From a virus, in UHGV virus genome UHGV-1887975: a DNA stretch of 11,593 bases; one strand, given 5' to 3'. The notes under the pieces were generated by a model. It searched no databases, was not told where the DNA came from, and saw only the letters and a program-made list of their open reading frames with translations. Position 1 is the first letter of the stretch, and every line of letters starts with the position of its first letter. Of the stretch, positions 1 through 6,402 are shown in pieces. A program made the translations under genes and the position numbers.

Positions 1-128
1 CATAAAGTAAGGTCAATTACGCCAAAAATGACATTTTCACTGATCCTGATCGTCTTGCCTTATTGAATATGATTGCTATTTGCATTTAAAATCGAGACCT
101 GGTTTTTCTACTGAAATGATTATGACTT

Positions 129-141
129 CAATGACCCTTGA
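129..141. repeat. 13-bp exact direct repeat CAATGACCCTTGA, left copy; candidate left attachment-site core
   Basis: Identical 13-mer at 129..141 and 11514..11526, the latter immediately distal to the integrase gene. A single 13-mer match in an 11.6 kb window is not by itself significant. Confidence 0.3.
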
Positions 142-258
142 ATAAAGTCTATTCGGTTTTCTTTAGATGTTCGCCTCACATAATCTTCAAGTGATGTTCC
201 TTACATCTCCCTAGAGCGTTAAGATAGTTAACTGATTGAGTTTTCAGGGTATGAAAGG

Positions 259-924
259 ATGAGCAACACTACTGATTGGGGAAGCATGATAGCCAACATA
301 GTTATGGCTACTACCGCTGTCTGGGCTGCATTCAAAGCTAATGACTGGTTTAAAACCAAGCGTCTTGAGAGTGCTGAAAACTTCTATAAAGAAGTACACA
401 ATCTCCATAAACGTTACTATTCAGCTATCCAATACGTTGAGGATTCAAGAAGAATATTTGATAGTCAGTATGGGTTGCATTCGCCAATATCTGAACCTAA
501 AGACAAGTCATTGCAATGGGAGGTTAAATCGAACTCTTACAAAATCATCGCTGAACTAGATTATCTGGCATCGTCACTACAAATGATGGATGCAATGGGT
601 AACAAACTTAGCCCTAAATCGGCTTCACTGGTTAGTGATATGATGGAAGCACATGGACGATTCTGTAATGATGTGATGAACTTCAATGACTCAGTTTGGA
701 AGGTTATAAGGGCAGGTATAACTGAAGAGAACATCCCACATACGCGAGGCTATGTGAACGGCGATTACATGGCTATCCTTACCAGTATGGATGAACCTGT
801 AAGAATATCTTTTAAGTTAAAAGAAATCAGTTTTAAAGATTTTTACTTACATGAAACTACTATGCAGTCAGTAATAACGAGGCTGAAATCGCTTATCGCC
901 AGAACAGGTAAAAACAGGACATAA
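259..924 (+). CDS. Hypothetical protein, 221 aa, with predicted N-terminal transmembrane anchor
   Basis: Uninterrupted 666-nt ORF. Residues about 10-26 (IANIVMATTAVWAAF) form a hydrophobic helix followed by a charged soluble domain. The AAAGGA purine run abuts the ATG at 259 with essentially no spacer, so the true start may be the in-frame ATG at 286. No recognisable family motif. Confidence 0.55.
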   Translation: MSNTTDWGSMIANIVMATTAVWAAFKANDWFKTKRLESAENFYKEVHNLHKRYYSAIQYVEDSRRIFDSQYGLHSPISEPKDKSLQWEVKSNSYKIIAELDYLASSLQMMDAMGNKLSPKSASLVSDMMEAHGRFCNDVMNFNDSVWKVIRAGITEENIPHTRGYVNGDYMAILTSMDEPVRISFKLKEISFKDFYLHETTMQSVITRLKSLIARTGKNRT

Positions 925-1112
925 ACAGGTTAGTACCTATGCAATTTAACGGTATTTTTCCAAGTATCTATGCAATCCTACACAGATTCTATACAGTATC
1001 GACATAGTTTCCTTTTGGTATAACTTATTGAAATATATAAAGAATCTGTGAAGCCCCTTTTCAGGGTAAACTGTATCGTGTTAGTCGTCCCTCTCTCGAC
1101 TCCTAGAAAAGT

Positions 1113-1142
1113 GCTATATACAGGGCTATATAATGCTATATA
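1113..1142. repeat. Three tandem copies of GCTATATA (starts 1113, 1125, 1135)
   Basis: Direct reading: GCTATATAcaggGCTATATAatGCTATATA, spacing 12 and 10 bp. Contains a TATAAT hexamer at 1129..1134. Confidence 0.5.
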
Positions 1143-2591
1143 GATAGTTGGTCACATGGTGTAACTATCAAACTACTTAACAGTTTCCTACGTGAAAGTT
1201 AGAAAGTGATAGTTATAGTTACCTTGTCAAATCTTCGTAGTCCATTCTTAAAAAATCACTTACAGACACCTTAATATCTATACAGATTTCATGTAGAACA
1301 CGATTAGTGCGTAGAAGAGTCATTATGTTAAAAACGAACTGTATACGTATCAGTACTGATTTATAAGGGTTTTGTGTATTTGAAGATAAGAGGCTATACA
1401 GCACCTTGAGAGCATGTCTTCTAAGTCATTGATACATAAGGTCACAGAAGTTTGTGTCTGTTACAGAGAAAACTGGATAGGACTTCACAGAACTACAAAA
1501 TGTTACAGCTATTGATAGGTGAAATCTTCTTGATAGATGCCTTGAAGTGTGGTGAAGGTTTCTTGAGGTGGAGCTAAACAGATGCTATGAAGAAAGTCAA
1601 TAGTTGGTTATAGATATTTTAACTGCTTTTGCAAAGGGGGTGCTGTATCGTGAATCTGGGGTACTTAACAGCCATCAATCATGAGGTAGATTCTACCGAA
1701 TCAACTGTGTAGATATTTTTTAAGATTATCGGTGAAGGGGGAATGCAGAGGGGGGTACTACGATTTTTATAAAAATTTTCAGAAGCCAAATAACTACTGT
1801 GTATATTTTGCACAATCCTGCCAAACCTCATAGAAAGCTCTGTAGCGAGTTTTAACCCCATTTTTAGGGGTAACCTGTAGGGATGTACCACCCACCTTAA
1901 AATAAAGGGGTAAAATCGCTTAGAATGCGTTACAGAGCGTCTGAGAAGCTATATTCACAGATTTTACTAAAGTCTCAGACTTCTAAGTAGTCTTTTTAAC
2001 GGGAGGGTTCTTTCTCATGTATCACCCTCTCTTCCCGCTAAGTAAGCTACACAGACCTAGAGAACATGCCTTCACAGCATCTATATCAGGTCAGATTTAG
2101 AGGGTTTTGATAGAATTTTCAAAGGTACTTGACAGATAACTATGAAGTTGTTAGGAAGAATTGTTTAACGGGAGGAAAGATACGATATAACCCGAAGGGA
2201 AAGTATCATCTTAACAGTGATTGTAAGAGATACCTGAAAAGCTCCTCTTAACAGAACTACCAAGAAGAGAGGGAACGATAAGACCAGAGGTAGTGACCTG
2301 TTAAATAGTTCGTTTCAAAGCTCTTAAGAGTCTGTTAAGTAAGGGCTATGTGAACAATCTTACCATTTTGTCAATGCTCTTGTCTTTGACCTAAATCAAT
2401 AAAATGTATCGTTTGATATGGTTTTAAGCAAGATGGCTAAAAATCTTTTTAGAGGGGCGCTTCGCTTGTGTCACTATGTTCTTTCTCTCCCTGTCTAAGA
2501 GGGGGGTTACAGAGGTCTTTCAAGTCTCAATAGACAAACCGAGGAACGCAGGAAACCGAGGGAAGAAAAACTATTGTGATTACCCTGAACA

Positions 2592-2625
2592 AGGTCTGTA
2601 AAGGTCGTTTAAGAGGTCGGTTAAG
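2592..2625. repeat. Three tandem AGGTC-containing units of 10-12 bp (AGGTC at 2592, 2602, 2614); iteron-like
   Basis: Direct reading: aAGGTCtgtaa / AGGTCgtttaag / AGGTCggttaag. The last two units are 12 bp and differ at one position. Confidence 0.5.
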
Positions 2626-2749
2626 AAAGGAGCTTCCCTCTCTGGGGTTGTCGCTCTTCTCTCGCTTGGTGGATTGATTAGGGGGTATGTTATACAAGCC
2701 CAACTAAGAAGACCTCTGAAGCTTACCTGTGAAGAAGCTGAACAGCTAT

Positions 2750-2900
2750 TATATTGGGTGATTACAACTCATTGAAAAATAAGCATTTTTAGAAATCACT
2801 GTTAAGGTTGCAGAGTTGTCTGTGAGGAGACTTGTCTGCTCTCTATATTGGGTGGTTACAACTTATTGAAAAATAAGAACTTTTAGAAATCACTGTCAGA
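2750..2900. repeat. Pair of 57-bp imperfect direct repeats (2750..2806 and 2844..2900), 94-bp period
   Basis: Aligned by eye: TATATTGGGTGaTTACAACTcATTGAAAAATAAGcatTTTTAGAAATCACTGT versus TATATTGGGTGgTTACAACTtATTGAAAAATAAGaacTTTTAGAAATCACTGT, roughly 50 of 57 identical. Confidence 0.6.
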
Positions 2901-2998
2901 GAGGTGAATACTTGATAGATACAGCTTTCCGGTTCTGTCAAGTCATTTTTTAATAGATAGCATAAAATGCTAAAGATACCCCTATACCATCACGTACA

Positions 2999-3030
2999 GG
3001 GGGTTTTGAAGGGGGTTTAACGGGGGTCTG
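2999..3030. repeat. Three tandem G5-tract units (GGGGG at 2999, 3011, 3022)
   Basis: Direct reading: GGGGGTTTTGAA / GGGGGTTTAAC / GGGGGTCTGTG, spacing 12 and 11 bp. Overlaps the 3' end of the - strand small ORF. Confidence 0.5.
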
Positions 3031-3193
3031 TGTGGTCATTATCCTTAAGGTCAAGCGTCCATGTACGACCGAACAGTTTAAAGACAACAAGCACTCTGAC
3101 GAGGACGTAGCGAAGTAGCAGGCCTGCAATAAGTCCAATACCTCCACCAGCCCATACATCAGGTGACCCCAATTCTGGAGGGAGATTTACCAT
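3017..3193 (-). CDS. Putative small membrane protein, 58 aa (MVNLPPELGSPDVWAGGGIGLIAGLLLRYVLVRVLVVF...)
   Basis: Internal ATG of the track ORF 3017..3235 at 3191..3193 is preceded on the - strand by AAGGA about 7 nt upstream. It encodes a strongly hydrophobic glycine-rich helix of about 23 residues. It lies within locally GC-richer sequence, antisense to all neighbouring genes. Could be spurious. Confidence 0.35.
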   Translation of the reverse strand: MVNLPPELGSPDVWAGGGIGLIAGLLLRYVLVRVLVVFKLFGRTWTLDLKDNDHTDPR

Positions 3194-3410
3194 TAAATTT
3201 CCTTGTAAGACGCTCTCAATCGCATTCTGACACAAAAAAGTACCTGACCTTATAGTTGACCTGAAGAGGCCATTTAACTCGTTACAGAGCGATTGAAGAG
3301 GTCTGTGTGCAATGCAATAACCATGTGACCACTCTCATAGCCACGCCTCATATTTTACTCTCCCCATAGAACCATTATACCACAGATGTTAATGAAATGT
3401 TAAAAAGTGC

Positions 3411-3439
3411 TTGACATTAGTCTTTGAAAATGCTAGTAT
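3411..3439 (+). promoter_or_regulatory. Sigma70-type promoter: TTGACA, 17-bp spacer, TAGTAT
   Basis: Consensus -35 TTGACA at 3411..3416, 17-nt spacer, -10 TAGTAT at 3434..3439 (4 of 6 to TATAAT), about 48 bp upstream of the ATG at 3488. A TTAACAGAGG word sits at the expected transcription start. Confidence 0.55.
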
Positions 3440-3487
3440 TGTATATAAGTTAACAGAGGATTAACAATTATAAGGACTAGCTTATGA

Positions 3488-4042
3488 ATGAACGACAGAG
3501 AATTTAGAGCGATGCTTCAGGCATCAAGAGAACGCAACAAGCACAACTCCTACGCTTACACAAACAACCCCACCAGCTACGAACTACCAGCCTTTTCCAA
3601 ATCCGAACGTAAAAGCATTGAAGCGGTCATTCGTAGCATTACGCCACGAGGCAGATATATGCCAACACGCAAAACAACAAAGAATAACTTAAAAACTTTC
3701 TTGATGAGTTTTGACAGCTACGAACAATTACCGTCACGAATTGAAGATGTAATTATCGGCACTTGTCGCAGCTTTGGAAGGGATAACTATCACCGGAAAG
3801 TTTTCTATTTGCTTCGAAGCCTTGATGAGATTAACTCAAGCACAGTGACGAGCCATCTTCAAAGACAAGCAACCAGACTTAGCCACGAGCTACCATCTGA
3901 TAAGTATTGCGCTAATTTAACCACCATTTGCAATAAAGTTATCGAGACAATCAATCATCATGTTGGGGTTGGTAATATCAGCCTTACGACCAGTGAGCCA
4001 GACTTTGAATTTGACGTATACGCACAAGCAGAGGAATTTTAA
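3488..4042 (+). CDS. Hypothetical protein, 184 aa
   Basis: First gene after the predicted promoter; AAGGA about 10 nt upstream of the ATG. Basic, Ser/Thr/Arg-rich. No motif I can recognise. Confidence 0.65.
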   Translation: MNDREFRAMLQASRERNKHNSYAYTNNPTSYELPAFSKSERKSIEAVIRSITPRGRYMPTRKTTKNNLKTFLMSFDSYEQLPSRIEDVIIGTCRSFGRDNYHRKVFYLLRSLDEINSSTVTSHLQRQATRLSHELPSDKYCANLTTICNKVIETINHHVGVGNISLTTSEPDFEFDVYAQAEEF

Positions 4043-4043
4043 A

Positions 4044-4325
4044 ATGGGAAATAAACACACACTAACCAGAGTTACAAAGACAGCCTTTGAAGAACTTAAC
4101 CGAATCAAAAACATTACAGGTCTGCCACACTCAGCAGTGATGAAGCTTGCAATTAACCGTGATATTAACGAGCAGGATTTGCTTAATAGTCGTTTAGAGG
4201 CAGCAAGACACCATATCAGGATTAAGCAAGATGACCTTGATAGTCTGAAATCTTTAAATGCTTTTGGACTGGATTTAGCAAGGTTACTAAGTATCAAAAT
4301 TCACAAATTAGCGATGGAGGTTTAA
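4044..4325 (+). CDS. Hypothetical small protein, 93 aa (start moved to the RBS-supported ATG)
   Basis: Track ORF 3960..4325 would overlap the upstream gene by about 80 nt. The in-frame ATG at 4044 is preceded by GAGGAA (4031..4036) and begins 2 nt after the upstream stop. Its stop overlaps the next start (TAATG). Confidence 0.6.
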   Translation: MGNKHTLTRVTKTAFEELNRIKNITGLPHSAVMKLAINRDINEQDLLNSRLEAARHHIRIKQDDLDSLKSLNAFGLDLARLLSIKIHKLAMEV

Positions 4326-4711
4326 TGTATGACTTTTATAAACATCGTGACCATTTGGTAAGATTTGACGGTAAAGTCTGGAAAGACGTAACACAAACCA
4401 ATAAGCCCAAGTTTACCCACCAGCAATTAGCCTCAAGATTTGATATCTGGGCTGAAGCACAAAAAGATAATGGTGATTTCGAGTTTATCAGAGGTTTTGA
4501 TTATGCTTACGAAAGCGACCTTAAAGACGCCATTGAATTAATGGAGAACTTCAACTCTATTAAAAATAGTGACAAGCACAAAGCCAACGGTAACAGATAC
4601 GATAAAGATTTAATCATTGATGCAATCACCAAAGGACAATCACAAAGTTATATTTCTGAGAAATACGGCTTATCACGTAGTCAATACTACAAGATTAAAG
4701 CGTCTGTGTAA
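4325..4711 (+). CDS. Putative DNA-binding protein with C-terminal helix-turn-helix, 128 aa; possible transcriptional activator
   Basis: The C-terminal segment DKDLIIDAITKGQSQSYISEKYGLSRSQYYKIKASV has the classic pattern of a helix-turn-helix as found in small phage activators and sigma region-4-like domains. The start is translationally coupled to the upstream gene. Family assignment is an inference. Confidence 0.6.
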   Translation: MYDFYKHRDHLVRFDGKVWKDVTQTNKPKFTHQQLASRFDIWAEAQKDNGDFEFIRGFDYAYESDLKDAIELMENFNSIKNSDKHKANGNRYDKDLIIDAITKGQSQSYISEKYGLSRSQYYKIKASV

Positions 4712-4723
4712 GTCTGTGAGAAT

Positions 4724-4792
4724 GAGTGAGACTCAAAGATGAGCTACCCTATTACTAAGGTGTCTCACTCCCTCTGTAACCCGCATGGTTAC
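4724..4792 (+). promoter_or_regulatory. Two consecutive hairpin-forming inverted repeats in the gap between genes
   Basis: Perfect 9-bp inverted repeat GAGTGAGAC (4724..4732) / GTCTCACTC (4762..4770) with a 29-nt loop, followed by a 6-bp stem GTAACC (4776..4781) / GGTTAC (4787..4792) with a 5-nt loop. No U-tract follows either, so they are not classic terminators. Confidence 0.4.
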
Positions 4793-4849
4793 TGGCCTCA
4801 GAATGGCTATTTTGGCAGATTTAAGATGTGTTTTTATAGGATTTTAAAA

Positions 4850-5173
4850 ATGAATAATTTCCCACTACAGATTTTTATTGATACCGACACCGCCATGATG
4901 ATTCAGGCTTTCACTGATGTAGGTGTTAGCATTGACTTTGATAAGTTGTTAGAGTTAATGGCTGATNATNCNGANANCATCTNTGACTTTATTCACTCGG
5001 TGGAGTTTAACGAGCCTCGAATGATGTTACCAATTACAGACAGTAATATGAAAAGATTGGTTATTGAGCAAACGAACAAATACAGTATTTCCCCAGAGCA
5101 ATTTTTGAAAGGTGCTGTGACAATCCTGTACAGCGATAATATTTTGGTTACGGATTCCGTGAGGGTTCACTAA
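4850..5173 (+). CDS. Hypothetical protein, about 107 aa (alternative start 4739 gives 144 aa); contains ambiguous bases
   Basis: Track ORF 4739..5173. The ATG at 4739 lies inside the hairpin region, so the in-frame ATG at 4850 is preferred, but neither has a strong RBS. Codons 4967..4984 include N, so several residues are undefined. Confidence 0.45.
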   Translation: MNNFPLQIFIDTDTAMMIQAFTDVGVSIDFDKLLELMADXXXXIXDFIHSVEFNEPRMMLPITDSNMKRLVIEQTNKYSISPEQFLKGAVTILYSDNILVTDSVRVH

Positions 5174-5250
5174 TGGGCTTAATAATTGCTTGGACGTTGC
5201 TTGGCTTATTTGTTGGTTGCTGGGTGGGTAACACAGTAAATAAGAATTGA
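5173..5250 (+). CDS. Candidate micro-ORF encoding a 25-aa hydrophobic peptide (MGLIIAWTLLGLFVGCWVGNTVNKN)
   Basis: Its ATG overlaps the upstream stop (TAATG at 5171..5175), suggesting translational coupling. The peptide is almost entirely one transmembrane-like helix. Below the length cut-off of the ORF track and could be fortuitous. Confidence 0.3.
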   Translation: MGLIIAWTLLGLFVGCWVGNTVNKN

Positions 5251-5468
5251 TGTTATCAATCTGTTAAAAGCTGTTGACAAATAACCTTAAGCATGAGATG
5301 ATGGTAATAGGGGGCAACTCTTCCTGAATTAAACTATTAATCATTCTACATCAATGATAGTTATTCTGAGTTGGAAAGGTGCAATGCTTTTCGTCATGGC
5401 CTATTTAGCCCACACTAGATAGGCTATCTCAAAAAGTCTTTGTTTATTCATTGAATCCTTTACAGATT

Positions 5469-5496
5469 GCCCTAATCATGAGTTAGGGCGTTTTTT
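5469..5496 (+). terminator. Rho-independent terminator
   Basis: Perfect 7-bp stem GCCCTAA (5469..5475) / TTAGGGC (5483..5489), 7-nt loop, followed by G then TTTTTT (5491..5496). Confidence 0.65.
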
Positions 5497-5667
5497 AAGA
5501 GTTTTTAAAGAAATTTCTTCACCAGCCCTTTATAGCGTTTTAGTTATCTAGGGCTTTTTCAGCTTTTAAAAAGCATACTTGGCAAACGCTTTTAAGTCTC
5601 TTCTAAGTTCGTAGGCTGTCAGGTGTGCTTTTTAAAAACTGAATATTACTTAGAAGAGGAAAAAACA

Positions 5668-6378
5668 ATGACAAACGATTTATATATTAACGGCAGAAAG
5701 ATTGATAGCTTCGGGGACTGGTCACCACAGGGTGAACATCCGCTACATACTATTCAGCGTAAAGAACACGATGAAAGAATTAAGCTTGAGCAAGAGTTAA
5801 AGATGTCACCAAAGGTAATTTCCTTTGTGTCTCCTGAGCCTCAAGAAATGCCTGATGTATGCAAAACTGAAGCACTATTTAATCTTGAGCGTGAATATTA
5901 CCCACTGCTAAAAGCACAGCGTATTAAACTAGATGACGCTTACAGCAAAGTTACCCTGATGCAATCAGCTATTGAGCCATCAGAATTTGAGATTCAGGAT
6001 GAATTGTCACAGAAACCATTTGTCTATTACAAATATGAAGACAATGATGGTTTTGGTACTTTTCCTGAGAATATCCCAGACGTGATTAATAATCTTCCTG
6101 ATGGATATCGAATTGTGAAGATGGTTAAAGCTTCAAGAGGTGCTGGTCAGTTTATTTTCATGACCGATAGGAGCGATGAAGAACTCTGTGAAATTGCTAA
6201 ACAGAACATCTTAGCATCACGTAACAAGCAACTTGAAAATGTTAAGTTGTATCTCTCAAGAGAGCTTCAGGCTATGAAAGAGCTTGTTAGTGAATATGAA
6301 TCACAGAAGAAGATTGCTATGCAGGCTGATATTGAGCAGTTAGTGAAGATTTCTCAGAAATATGCAAAGGCACTTTAA
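5668..6378 (+). CDS. Hypothetical protein, 236 aa (start moved to the RBS-supported ATG)
   Basis: Track ORF starts at 5623. The in-frame ATG at 5668 is preceded by GAGGA (5656..5660) with 7-nt spacing. Acidic, with a coiled-coil-like C-terminus. No recognisable motif. Confidence 0.65.
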   Translation: MTNDLYINGRKIDSFGDWSPQGEHPLHTIQRKEHDERIKLEQELKMSPKVISFVSPEPQEMPDVCKTEALFNLEREYYPLLKAQRIKLDDAYSKVTLMQSAIEPSEFEIQDELSQKPFVYYKYEDNDGFGTFPENIPDVINNLPDGYRIVKMVKASRGAGQFIFMTDRSDEELCEIAKQNILASRNKQLENVKLYLSRELQAMKELVSEYESQKKIAMQADIEQLVKISQKYAKAL

Positions 6379-6402
6379 CTATGAATTAAAAGGAGGTGGT
6401 GA

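Larger units (their letters stand above)
925..3487. other. About 2.5 kb region lacking any credible + strand ORF; repeat-dense; candidate replication-origin and/or noncoding-RNA locus
   Basis: The six-frame track shows only four short - strand ORFs (61-72 aa) in this span. The region holds numerous purine-rich G-tracts (AGGGGG, GAGGGGGG) that appear concentrated on the + strand, several repeat arrays, and recurring 8-12 nt words (itemised in findings). Confidence 0.5.

Noticed and set aside
341-559. 72-aa ORF in an alternative + frame inside the 259..924 gene
   Set aside because: Entirely nested in a longer, more plausible ORF; no RBS; almost certainly a frame artefact.
1219-1404. 61-aa - strand ORF in the noncoding region
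   Set aside because: No RBS-like sequence, AT-rich low-complexity translation; more likely chance ORF in noncoding DNA.
1679-1891. 70-aa - strand ORF in the noncoding region
   Set aside because: No convincing start context; it would read through G-tracts on the opposite strand and the translation is compositionally odd.
2950-3159. 69-aa - strand ORF overlapping the 3017..3193 candidate in another frame
   Set aside because: Overlaps the better-supported candidate, which has an RBS and a hydrophobic helix; at most one can be real.
925-3487. Possible CRISPR array or tRNA genes in the noncoding region
   Set aside because: Repeats are not regularly spaced identical units with unique spacers, and I found no tRNA-like T-loop motifs (GTTCGA/GTTCAA followed by TCC) or cloverleaf arrangement by eye. 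No cas genes in the window.
3960-4043. N-terminal extension of the track ORF 3960..4325
   Set aside because: Would overlap the upstream gene by about 80 nt; the internal ATG at 4044 has a proper RBS and sits 2 nt after the upstream stop.
3917-4297. 126-aa - strand ORF antisense to the 3488 and 4044 genes
   Set aside because: Fully overlaps two co-oriented, RBS-supported + strand genes; typical antisense shadow ORF.
5623-5667. Upstream ATG start for the 5668 gene
   Set aside because: No RBS before 5623, whereas GAGGA precedes the in-frame ATG at 5668 with ideal spacing.
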